Origin: Macrostomum lignano
Taxonomy: Eukaryota
Assembly: GCA_002269645.1 (NCBI GenBank)
Contig: NIVC01000385.1
Span: forward strand, 124,001-188,000
Direction of reading: 5' to 3'
DNA length: 64,000 nt
Shown here: piece by piece, positions 50,137-60,713 of the stretch
How positions within the stretch are numbered: the first letter of the stretch is position 1
How the letters are laid out: every line of letters starts with the position of its first letter
Notes under the pieces: generated by a model
Databases searched by the model: none
What the model was told of the DNA's origin: nothing
The model's input: the letters and a program-made list of their open reading frames with translations, nothing else
Made by a program: the position numbers and the translations under genes

Positions 50137-51567
50137 ATGGTAAGTCATCGCCTAAGTAAGCATAAATCTTCAGAATGCAGCACCCGCGTTGCGACCAACT
50201 CAACCACTACTATTGAGCTTCGAGAGGCTGTACAAGATGCAGAAATGGAAGAAGACTCCTCGCGAAATGGGTTCAGCTGCATTCGTCGAAGCAACTGTGC
50301 ACTGAAGATCCCAGCAGATGCTCCAACGAGGACCGAAGCGTACAAGGCTTACATGAGTTCCCATCCGACTGCCAAGCTCATCGGAATCAACGGTGGATGG
50401 TACGACATTTCCAAATTCATCCCGCACCACCCAGGCGGCTCTGTGATTGCTCAGTTTGTTGGCAAAGACGCTACTCCCGTGTTCAAAGGGCTGCACACCA
50501 AGGATGTGCTCAAACACATGCGGCCTGTAGCCACCTACAGACTGAGCGAAGACGACCCTGCCGCTGAGGCGTTCGCAGAGCTGCACCAGTTCTTCATCAA
50601 GCAGGGCTTCTTTCAAACCAGTGCAGTGTGGTATGCCGGCAAGATGGCGTTTGCAGCCTCTTTGTTGGCTCTCACGTTGTTTCTGGTTGTGGGCTGCAGC
50701 TCTTGGTACTGGCACTGTCTGGCCAGCTGCAGCCTCGCTCTGTTTTGGCAGCAATGCGGATTCTTCATGCACGACTTCATGCACAGCCAAGGCTTCCACG
50801 AGCGCAAGATTGACAACTGGATCGGCCTCGCGTGTGGAACGCTCGGTGTGGGCGTCAACAGCTTCTGGTGGCAGGAAGAGCACTACGTCCACCACGCACT
50901 CACCAATACGGTCGACTATGAGAATGGGTTTTTCGACCCTCAGATGAAAGAGGAATCGTGGGCGCAAAACAAAAAGTTGTTTCCATTCTTCACAATGAAA
51001 CTGCAGCATAAGCTGATAAAAATCCAGCATTGGACATTCCTTCCTGCCTGCATAATACTTGGTCGAACTGCTATAATCATCACTGCATTCAAGAGTGAAA
51101 GAAGACCTATTGTGTGGCTGGCTCTGATTTTGCACATTATCTGGGTGAGCGTTCTCTTGTGCCAACTTCCAACATGGACTCAAGTTTTTGTAACTTACTC
51201 CTTGGCGTCAATGCTAGAAGGAATTCTCCATGTCCAGCTATTAGTGAGTCACTACTGTAAGCCTTTCTACGAGCGCAAAGAAGTCTGCGAGGAGACTAAC
51301 TGGTACCGAATGCAGGTTGAGTGCAACATCAACATAAAGAACCCCGTGTGGATGGACTGGTTTCATGGCGGGCTGAACTTTCACATCGAGCACCACCTGT
51401 TTCCGCTGATGCCAAGACACCGGTTCAGGGAAGCGAGCAAACATATAAAGGCTGTGTGCGCTCGACTCGGGATTGAGTACGACGAGTGTTACTGGACGAC
51501 TGCTCTGGTGAGGACCCTGCAACAGCTGAAGAATGCTGCGGTTGTCTTCTCCCTGGATCCGAGATGA
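50137..51567 (+). CDS. Cytochrome-b5-fused (front-end type) fatty acid/sphingolipid desaturase, copy 1, intronless, 476 aa
   Basis: HPGG heme motif, HDFMH, HYVHH, third box HIEHH (GGLNFHIEHHLFP); hydrophobic helices. Confidence 0.92.
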   Translation: MVSHRLSKHKSSECSTRVATNSTTTIELREAVQDAEMEEDSSRNGFSCIRRSNCALKIPADAPTRTEAYKAYMSSHPTAKLIGINGGWYDISKFIPHHPGGSVIAQFVGKDATPVFKGLHTKDVLKHMRPVATYRLSEDDPAAEAFAELHQFFIKQGFFQTSAVWYAGKMAFAASLLALTLFLVVGCSSWYWHCLASCSLALFWQQCGFFMHDFMHSQGFHERKIDNWIGLACGTLGVGVNSFWWQEEHYVHHALTNTVDYENGFFDPQMKEESWAQNKKLFPFFTMKLQHKLIKIQHWTFLPACIILGRTAIIITAFKSERRPIVWLALILHIIWVSVLLCQLPTWTQVFVTYSLASMLEGILHVQLLVSHYCKPFYERKEVCEETNWYRMQVECNINIKNPVWMDWFHGGLNFHIEHHLFPLMPRHRFREASKHIKAVCARLGIEYDECYWTTALVRTLQQLKNAAVVFSLDPR

Positions 51568-53389
51568 GAACGAAACGAGTTCTTATCGCGTACGGACCAA
51601 CTGACGTAGTTTTCGTAGTGTACGAGCGTATAATCGCTTCGAATAATTTTGTTTTTTGTACTGCTGAAAAGTAGCCGATGTTACGTACCAATCAGGATTG
51701 GTTGTAGAAATTTTATGGGTGGAGTTTTATGGATTTGGGACTCATTCTTAATAAATCAGGTGTAGCCAGAAGCTTAGAGCTTAGTCGAATGTGCTTCTCT
51801 GCCTCTGGAGCATGCGAGAAACGGCATATAAATGTACAGACTATTGTAGCGATAGCGTTACTTTTCAGCTTTCGACTCTAGGGGTTAGTTTATAATATTT
51901 GAAATGCAGCGGCCAAGGATCTAATTCTGACGTACAGTTTCTAGCGTGCGTTGATAGGGCAGATGCAAATTCTACTGCTTTTATTGTGCTTAATCAGTCT
52001 TCACCGAAAATTTACTCAAACTGACAATTATCTGGTTGAACTAAGCATTCCATTGTTGCCTAGTAGGGGCCTTGGCCAAGTTCTGTGCCTTTTCAAGTGA
52101 TATACGATTTGTAGGTTACCTCAACCTTTTTTAACTGAATCGGATTTTACTGGCTTTTTAAATCAAAACTAGAAATAGTTTTGTGTGTTTAAACGTGACA
52201 ACAAGTGATTAAAAGATGATTTTTATTGCTCCCTTTCAACTGCTTGACTGCTTACTTTTTCCTTAGCTTTTTCTAGAATTAATTGAGCTGCTATCTACGA
52301 GCGTATGGCATACTTTCCCTTGTGAGCGGACGAATATTGTTTTGTACTGCTTTGACGTTGATGTCTTTTGATTTGATCTATAAAATTTGACGAAAATATC
52401 TTTCAAAAAACTAGATTTAGATATCTTGTTAAATGCTTCATTCTGCCTGTGCTCGGACTCTATTTAATCCTTTTAGAGTGATCTACATGTATCATGCTTT
52501 TTGTCTTTTTTTAATTTTTATACTGTCATTTCTGATCTAGTACTTTATGACAACTTAAAATTTTGTTTGACTTATTGAATTTTTTCAGCCGCCAATCTCT
52601 ATTCGGTAAATAACATTGTCCGCTCTGTATTCGAGTTGAATTCTCTCTGGCATTGATTTTATTCATAGAAACAAGTTGGCAGATATAGCTCCAGATAAAA
52701 CACAATGAGTTTATTGTAAATATGTACCAACAAACAAATGACATGTCCGCACGTGAGGTAAAATAAACCAAGCTGCATGTAGTTCGTCGATCGTTCATCG
52801 CCAAACCTATCGTATATGGCGGGCTCGCGTTATCGAAATGCGGTGTTGAAATGTAGGAGTACGCTATTTAGTTAGATCTAAAATATTCTCTTTGCCGTAT
52901 GGCTACAACTTTGCCATATCCTATAGTTTTTTCTGCCAAGGCCCACGCTCCACCCCAGGTGATTACAGACGGGGCGCGCAGACACACAGCCCTGCTATAT
53001 GTATGCCAATAAACAGAGCATCGGAAAGGTGTTCAATAATAACATATCAATGCAGTATATCTGATTCGTATAGAATCTATAGAGCTCTATTTTCATGCTC
53101 TAATTATTGAGCAATAAATAATTCGTAATTAGCTACCTAAAATATATGACCACTTTTTGGAACTTGAAACGATATAGGACGAGTGATGGAAGAATCAGAT
53201 ATTCTTCGGGATAGTAACAATGTATCATATCGTCACACAGTAAAGTATTATTGTTCTAAATCTGAACGAATGGAGACATTGCTAATTCTATCACGTTTCT
53301 ATTGTCAACTTCAAAAAGAAGCTGCGTTATGTATCTTTTTGAAGTTGACTCTTAAATTAGATTCCTAAAGTTGAGCTCCTTTGGCCAAT

Positions 53390-54740
53390 GATTGCCAAAA
53401 GGTTCCATCGTTATATCTGGGGTCGTACGGCGCAAGTGCAAAGCGACCACAAGCCACGAATCGATCTGTAAGAAGGCTTTGCGTGACACTACTCCTCGAA
53501 TTCAGCGACTCCTTGCTTCAGTTGCAACCTTACGCTCGTATGACATCCGCGTGAAGTACACGCCCGACTAAGACCTTTACGTAGCCGACACTTTAAGTCG
53601 AGCTCACGGTGCAGCTGATCTTCTCACTATTCAGCTTGAGGCTGCGCTTCACGGCCAAGATTTTTTAGTGGAATGCTGCTTTAGTGGTGATCGAGAAATC
53701 TTGCAGGTTATAAAGGCTGCGACAGAAAATGCAACTTAGCGAGAGGTTGCAAACTGTAATCATGGAGGCTTGGCCAGAGCATCGGTCGAAGTTGGCAGAC
53801 GACGAATTTGAAGCCTTCTTTGGGATATCCGAAATAACCTGACGTTTGCCTCTGGTCTTCGATGCCGTATTTAGGACCGTATCTATGGTATGTCGGCTCC
53901 AAAATCGGAGCAATTAAAATCCTTCGTTTGAGGCACCCTAGCATTTTAAAAATGGACCTCAAGGCCAAGAACTATTTTCTACTGGCCAGGAATGTGGAAC
54001 AGCGTGAAGCAGGTGGTTAGTGAATGCGAATTCATGCCAGCAGGATATGATGACTCAGTCAAAAGTAACGTTGATGCCAAATTTTTCAACGGACCCATTT
54101 GAGTTCCCTGGTGGATCCTACTTTGTGTACGTTGACTCCTACAGTCGCTGGATGAGTGTCACGCGGATGAGACCAGCCCTAGCTTGGCTGTGGCGCATGT
54201 GATACGAGATCATTTAAAAAAATTGGAGTGCCAGAGAAGCTAGTCAGTGATGGAGGTCCGCAGTTTTCTGCTCTCGAGTTTCGACAAACAATGGCTGAGT
54301 TGAAGGTGGAGCGCACGTACCCGCAGTCGAACGGTAGAGCCAAGCGCTACGCATAGACAGTCAAAAACATGCTGAAAAAATGTCCCAAGATAGGCCAAAG
54401 TTTATAGTTGGCACTGCTTCACTACTGCAACACTCCGGTTGGCAGCGGCTTTCCAAGCCCGGCGGAGATGGCTTTCGGCCGTAAGCTTCGTTGTGACCTG
54501 CCAGCGAATTTCAAGGACCTGTAAACAATGGAAACTCGTCTTCACACCAGCATAGAGGCTTTTGTAAAACAGATAACCGCAGCTATATAATTGTGGAGCT
54601 CCAACCCTTGCGGAAACTAGCAGCTGGTGATCTGGTGTGGTTACAACGCGGTCGTCGCGAATGGGTGGTAGCTGAGATTGATAGCGAGTGTGAGAACTCT
54701 TCAGGGTCGTACTGGGTCAAACAGCTCAAAATACTCGTCA
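53390..54740 (+). mobile_element. Old degenerate Ty3/gypsy RNase H-integrase fragment
   Basis: Frame-broken motifs: RFHRYIWGR..VQSDHKP, LYVADTLSRA, YFYWPGM...V.ECE, VDSYSRW, SDGGPQF, YPQSNG, NTP...PSPAEMAFGRKLR. Confidence 0.75.
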
Positions 54741-55619
54741 ACAGTATAGTCCTATCAATAAAAAATATTCATCTAAAATTGCTGATTTTATTATGTCAAA
54801 ACAAACAAGAAAAAACGTTAAAAGAGACGAAACTGCAAACTGCAAACTATGCAAACCATTACGAAAATCGGCCTCCAACGAATTTTCCACGAAAGTTGAG
54901 TCTTGCGTCCTATATATACGTTACTTTAGTCGTCCTTGAGCCGGCCTTGGGCAGCGAGATGGGGCCTAGGCCGTATCGTGGCCGAGCTTATCAAGACTCC
55001 TGAGTACTACCAGGCGGCCTAAGCCTAAGTAAACCGATTTGCCATTGACTGTCACTTTATTTAACAGTTATTTTTGCGCTCACTTAAACTACCACTCGTA
55101 TTTTAAGCATCCAAATACTCAGCTTACTCAGCTACACACTAGTATACTATGCGTATTGTATATGAGATCATTCTGTGGTTATCTAATAACTCAGATTGCA
55201 GGACTTTCAGGAGTATTCTAGGTATCAGATATTCTGATACCAAATATGATTTTGTTCCTTAGTTCTTTTCTTTTCTTTTCTTTCGTTCAAAAAATTGCAT
55301 TATCATTCCTTCACTAGGGATGCAAGTTCGTAACCAAAGTTCCTTTCGTTTAGATCGTTTCAAACAGAAATCTTTCGAAGGGTGATGTTGTGTATTGCAT
55401 TCAATGACTACTTATAACTCTACTTAGAGTTGTTAAGTAGTCCTTGATTGCATTTTGTATCAGTTGTTTTGGTTTAACTGCAGGATCGAGAGCTCTAGCC
55501 CAATCAATCCAATATACTAAAATGCTTTATTCATGCGCACCGGCTTTAGGTTCTAGTGTAAAATGTAGAACCTACATTCTACACCGCATCGCTCGTCTAT
55601 TTAAAATATATTAACTTGT

Positions 55620-55838
55620 GGCTAAGTGGCTTTTTGAAGTGAATCACCCTCCAGCACTACAGTTTTTGTGAGTGGTTTGTCGAATTTCGACATGGCCTAC
55701 GGAGTCTGGATGATGACGAGTGCAGCGGCCGTCTCCCTATCAAGCAAGCGATGAGAATTTTGCTGCTATTCCGGCTATGATTGAGGATGATGCCAGGGTA
55801 ACTGTGTCTCAGATAGAGGCATAAGTATGCATCCCATA
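55620..55838 (+). mobile_element. Mariner transposon, 5' part (HTH region); 5' TIR not found
   Basis: EFRHG..SLDDDECSGR...ENFAAIPAMIEDDARVT; interrupted by the LTR element. Confidence 0.7.
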
Positions 55839-55848
55839 TGTTGTGTAG

Positions 55849-56901
55849 TTGGTTTGCAGATTTGTACATATGTACAGTGAGTGGAAGAGCCTGTTTGAAA
55901 ACTACTTAATGGCGGTGGGCTTCGACACTCTACCAGACGCGAGAAAGCGAGCCCTGCTTCTGCACTGCCTGGGTGCTGAAGGACAGCGGATCTTCGCAGC
56001 GATGCAGCCACCACGATCTCAGAATTCGGATGATGAACAGCCACCGCTGGGATTCGACGAAACCGTGAAGCTGCTAAAGGAGCAGTTTGGTGGCAAGACC
56101 AACGTGGTGGCGGAGCGCCACAGGTTTCGGCAGCGAGGGCAGCGACCCGGTGAGAAAATCACTGACTTTGTGGCAGCGCTGTACACGCTGGCCGGCTCGT
56201 GCGAGTTTGGCGGCATGATGGACGAGATGATTCGCGATCAGATCGTGGAGAAGGTCAGCGACAGGCGGATCAGAGAGCGCCTGCTCATCGAGGACGGCCT
56301 GACACTCAAGAAGGCGGTGACGCTGAGTCAGCAGTGGAAGACCAGCATCGCGGAAGCCAGCGCGATCGAGACTGGCGGCGCAGTTGCCATGGCAAGTCGA
56401 GGCGAGGCAGAGGTGAACAAGGTGCAACATCAGTTCGGAAAGTCCAGAGCTCAAGAACAGGCGACTGTCGGGCGAGAGTCCTGTCCGAACTGCGGAGGCG
56501 GCCACAACAGGCGAGCGCGATGTCCTGCTGAAGGCAAGTCCTGTTATGCCTGTGGCAAGCAGAACCATTTTGGCAGGGTGTGCAGGTCGCAGGGCACTAA
56601 GGTGGCCGAGGTCGGAGACGAGAGCAGCCGCGAGGTCTTCACCGTGCGTGGTACGGCCAGTCCCGACATCAGGTGCCGGCTGAAGGTCCAGGGCAGCTGG
56701 CTGAGCCTGCTGGTCGACTCGGGCGCGAAAGTGTCCATTCTATCGGAGAGGACCTACCGGAAGCTCGGGTCCATGGCGCCGCTGCAGCCATCCAGCAGGA
56801 AGCTCATCGCGTACAACGGCAAGGCTATCGACGTGCTGGGACAGCGGTGCTGTCGGTCAACTACTGCGGGCAGAGTGTGCCGCTCTTCTGCTTCACAGTA
56901 G
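55849..56901 (+). CDS. Gag (two zinc knuckles) plus aspartic protease, 5'-truncated, frameshifted near 56845
   Basis: LLHCLG, ERHRFRQRGQRPGE, CPNC...H..RC and CYACGKQNHFGRVC, LLVDSGAKVSIL. Confidence 0.8.
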   Translation: MVCRFVHMYSEWKSLFENYLMAVGFDTLPDARKRALLLHCLGAEGQRIFAAMQPPRSQNSDDEQPPLGFDETVKLLKEQFGGKTNVVAERHRFRQRGQRPGEKITDFVAALYTLAGSCEFGGMMDEMIRDQIVEKVSDRRIRERLLIEDGLTLKKAVTLSQQWKTSIAEASAIETGGAVAMASRGEAEVNKVQHQFGKSRAQEQATVGRESCPNCGGGHNRRARCPAEGKSCYACGKQNHFGRVCRSQGTKVAEVGDESSREVFTVRGTASPDIRCRLKVQGSWLSLLVDSGAKVSILSERTYRKLGSMAPLQPSSRKLIAYNGKAIDVLGQRCCRSTTAGRVCRSSASQ

Positions 56902-58727
56902 TGCAGAAGGGATCCGACATCATGGGCACCGATCTGATGCAGCCGCTCAGCTTCCAAGTGGTGGACCGGGACGGCGACCTGGTGGGCACCGTGGACAAGA
57001 CCAGGCAGCTGCAGGCTTGGCTTCCAGACCGCTTCGAGCAGCTGACGCGAGGACTCGGCCGGATTCGAGGGTTCGAGCACCGGCCCCGAGTGAACCCCGC
57101 AGTGCCTCCAGTGGCGCAGCCTCTCCGCCGGACGCCGCTCAGCCTCAAGGAAAAGGTCCAAGCTGAGATCGATCAGCTTCTAGCGGACGGGATCGTCGAG
57201 GAGATCCAGGCATCCGAGTGGATTTCGAATCTGGTGGTCGTCCCAAAGCCTGACGGTAAGATCCGAATCTGCAATGACCTCAGGTGCCCCAAAAAGGCAA
57301 TTGTGCCGGACAAGCAGCCTCTGCCGACATTCGAGGAGCTGACCACGGAGTTCAAGGGCTCGACGGTTTTCTCAAAACTAGATCTGAACTCATCGTATCT
57401 GCAGCTTGAGCTCGCCGAAGACAGACGCGATATGACGGCCTTCATCACGGAGAAAGGTCTCTATCGGTACAAGCGGGTTTGTTTCGGTCTCAACGGCGCT
57501 CCGGCAGCCTTCCAGAAGGTGCTGAGCAAGATTATGCACGGCTGCTCAGGAACGGTGCACTACATCGACGACATAGTCGTGCACGCTGCCAGTGAGGCTG
57601 AGCATCACGAGCGGCTCACTGCGGTGCTCGACAAGCTGCTGGCCCACGGCGTCACTCTGAACGCAGGCAAGTGCCAGTGGGCTGCTGAGTCTGTGCAGTT
57701 CCTGGGCTACATCGTCTCTGCAAGCGGCCTGCGACCGATGCAGTCAAACGTGGAAGCTATCGAGCAGGTGCCGGAGCCGAAGAGCGCTGAGGCGGTGGCG
57801 GCATTCCTTGGAATGGTGAAATTTTACGCCAACTTTTTTCAAAATGTGTCGGATGTCGCCGAGCCGCTGCTGAAGCTGCTGAGGAAAGACGTGCCCTGGG
57901 ACTGGTCCGCAGACTGCCAGAAGGCTTTCACAACGCTCAAGAAGATGGTGCTGGCGCCGACCTGTCTGAGGTTTTTTAGTCCGGATGAGAAGATCATCGT
58001 TGCCTGCGACAGCTCGGCGCACGCTCTGGGCGCCGTTCTGCTTCAAGAAGACGGCGCCGGCGTCCGGAGATCAGTCGCGTTTGCGTCCAGAACCCCATCA
58101 GCGACTGAGCGCAAGTACTTCGCGTCTGAAAGAGAGGCATTGGCATGCATCTTCGCCTGTGAGAGGTGGCACTATTTCCTGTTCGGCCGGAGATTCGAGC
58201 TGCACACGGACCATCAGGCGCTGACTACGTTGCTGACGGCTCAGGGCAGCGGCCACCGGCCATTGAGACTGCACCGGTGGGCCGACCGCCTGCTCGCGTA
58301 TGACTTCCAGGTCTGCCACGTTCCGGGGAAAAAGAACACCGTTGCGGACTTTTTGTCGCGACACGGCGCCCGCAACGACAGCGGCGAGGAGGACCCGGCG
58401 GAGCTCCAAGTGAACGCCGTCCTGCTGTCTGGCGCGCTGCAGATCGTGAGCCCAAGCGAACTGGCTGAGGCATCTCTACAGGACCCGGTGATCAGCCAGG
58501 CAATCGAGATGACGCTGGAGGGCTGGCCGAGTTCCATCAAGCAGTTTTGGCCGGAGCTGCAGCCGTTCTGGCGGATCAAGGAGCAGCTCACAGTCTGGAA
58601 CGAAGGCAAGTGCCTGGCGAATGGGTTAATCGCGGTGATCTCCGCGTCGTTGAGAGAGAAGACGCTGCAGCTGGCGCACTTTGGGCACCTCGGAGTGAGC
58701 AGAATGAAGCAGACTGGGTGCGCGTGA
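56847..58727 (+). CDS. Pol fragment: RT, RNase H and start of integrase (core deleted)
   Basis: WISNLVVVPKPDGKIRICNDLR, KLDLNSSYLQ, FGLNGAPAAFQ, YIDDIVV, ACDSSAHALGAVL, ELHTDHQAL, NTVADFLSR, HLGVSRMK. Confidence 0.85.
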   Translation: MLSVNYCGQSVPLFCFTVVQKGSDIMGTDLMQPLSFQVVDRDGDLVGTVDKTRQLQAWLPDRFEQLTRGLGRIRGFEHRPRVNPAVPPVAQPLRRTPLSLKEKVQAEIDQLLADGIVEEIQASEWISNLVVVPKPDGKIRICNDLRCPKKAIVPDKQPLPTFEELTTEFKGSTVFSKLDLNSSYLQLELAEDRRDMTAFITEKGLYRYKRVCFGLNGAPAAFQKVLSKIMHGCSGTVHYIDDIVVHAASEAEHHERLTAVLDKLLAHGVTLNAGKCQWAAESVQFLGYIVSASGLRPMQSNVEAIEQVPEPKSAEAVAAFLGMVKFYANFFQNVSDVAEPLLKLLRKDVPWDWSADCQKAFTTLKKMVLAPTCLRFFSPDEKIIVACDSSAHALGAVLLQEDGAGVRRSVAFASRTPSATERKYFASEREALACIFACERWHYFLFGRRFELHTDHQALTTLLTAQGSGHRPLRLHRWADRLLAYDFQVCHVPGKKNTVADFLSRHGARNDSGEEDPAELQVNAVLLSGALQIVSPSELAEASLQDPVISQAIEMTLEGWPSSIKQFWPELQPFWRIKEQLTVWNEGKCLANGLIAVISASLREKTLQLAHFGHLGVSRMKQTGCA

Positions 58728-59432
58728 GTTGGCCGTTCGCGCGTGACAAGCTGAGCAGCCGGCTGTCCGAGCCATTGGAGATCTCGAGAATCGCGAGCGC
58801 CACCACAGTGACCCTCAGTGACGGCTCTCGGTGGCACGTCGACAACTGCGTGCGGGTGCAGCGGCCAGCAGGAGCGCTACCGCAGTGGCCCGCGCCAGCC
58901 GCCACGACGGCTCCGACACCCGCGGCGGCGGCGGTAGCGGCGGCAGAGGCGGCCGAAGAGCTGCCGTCGCATCAACGAGCACCGACGGCGGTTCGTGCGA
59001 GTGCGAGGAGTCGGGCTCCGCCGCAGTGGTACGGGGATGTGGTGATTCACTGATTGAAATATCTGCAAAGGATTTTTGAATTGCAAGCCTTTGGTTTTTT
59101 AGTTTTCTATTTAAGGTTTTTTGCGATTGGGACTTAATGTCGAACTCTTTCAAATATTTTATTCCTAATGTTCATGTCTGTTTTATTGTTTTTAAATATG
59201 TAATCGATTTTCGAATATTTCGTCGACAAGGCAACTCGTTCGCGAGGGAGAGTGAATGTTGTGTAGTTGGTTTGCAGATATGTACATCTGTCATCTGCTA
59301 TGTACATTTGTTTGCCGATATTGATTTGACGCAGCTAAATAAATATCTAAGTATAAATATACTAGTCGAAGGCCAACGTGGTCTAAGTTCGTGTGTACCC
59401 CCAAAATCAGTCTGACTTTCTCGACACAACCA

Positions 59433-60226
59433 CCATCCTCAACCTCAACCTGAGCAAGATTTCTGCACGCTGGGTGCCTCATCACCCTGATGGAGAAACA
59501 AAGAAGGCTCGGGGTGGCTTCGTACAATGCCATGCTCGACAGATTCGATGATGACCGCTCAGACTCGGTCTGGGAACTCGTCAGTGGTGACGTATCCTGG
59601 ATCTGTAGTTTTGACCAGAGTCCAAGCAACAGTCGGCCCGGTGGACACCAGCTGGAAGCCCCACCATTGAAGCTGCAGCAAGAGCGCAGCGTGGCAAAGC
59701 AGATGCTGGCCAATTTTGTGATGAAAGCTGGTCATCTAGCGATAGTGCCACTTGTGCAGCAGCGCACAGCCACTGGCGACCGTTATACCAACTACTGCTT
59801 GCCAGAAGTGCTGAGTGCCCTCTCCATTTGCCGCCCAAGGACTTAGCTCGGGTGTGCTTCTTCATCACGACAACACCCCCGCCCACAAGTCCAGGCAAGT
59901 GGTCGAATTCCTGACTGGAGAACGCATTCAAGAGCTCGGCCATCCACCCTGCAGCCCAGATCTGGCCCCGTGCGACTTCTTCGTGTTTCCGAGATTCAAG
60001 CAGAAGATGTGTGGCAATTCATCGCCGGAAGCTGCAGTCGAGGCCTTCATCAAGCATGTCAAGGGGGTGCCAAGTTCGTAGTGGTCCAGCTGCTTCAATA
60101 GGTGATTTGAAGGTATGCAACGGTGCATAGATTCTTCTGCAGAGTACCTTGAAAAAATATGACTGTCAGTTGCTCTCTAACTATTTCAGTCTTTCACATC
60201 CGGAAAACTTATTGAATAACCCCTCG
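59433..60226 (+). mobile_element. Mariner transposon, 3' part (D34D catalytic domain and right TIR)
   Basis: KISARWVPH, SGDVSW, HHDNTPAH, SPDLAPCDF with 34 residues between the second and third D; TIR CCGGAAAACTTATTGAATAACCCCTCG followed by TA. Confidence 0.85.
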
Positions 60227-60713
60227 TATGTATAGAAGTATGGGCTCTCTTTGGAGCCAATTCCTTCAACGGAAAATTTCTGTGCCCATATTTCAGAGTG
60301 CGTACAAGGCAAAGTGGGGTACGTTCGCCCGCTTTTCTCCACGCGCTCGCAGCATGACTAATGCCCTAGTGGAATCCTCTCCAAGTAGATTTTGGTGTGG
60401 GCTGTCTGGTAAATCTATTTTTAGAACAGGCCATCAAACCATTGCTGTATGGTCCGAGCAAATATGAAGCGTAGTGCAGCATGCTACGTACAAGTGTGCA
60501 AGTACGAAGGTTCATATTATGGGGTGTTCAATCTGACCGTTCCGTATCTCGACCACTCATGTACGTATTCTAAAACCTCTATATATTCCTTAACTCTGAC
60601 TAGGACTCCATTTTGCTTTCGAATTTGAACTGTTAAAGAAAAAATACGTGACGAGCTTACCACTTGCATGAAGTTAACAAGATAAATTAAAACACCCTAA
60701 CTATCAAACAAGC

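Larger units (their letters stand above)
55839..59432 (+). mobile_element. Ty3/gypsy LTR retrotransposon, internally deleted
   Basis: TGTTGTGTAGTTGGTTTGCAGAT at 55839 and 59257; the 3' LTR ends ACACAACCA; polypurine tract before the 3' LTR; near-TSD CCATA/CCATC; gag, protease, RT and RNase H present. Confidence 0.88.

Noticed and set aside
50200-51183. Long antisense ORFs (327 aa here, 335 aa at 60765-61772, and similar ones opposite ACADM and pol)
   Set aside because: They are shadow frames of GC-rich coding sequence with no recognisable motifs.
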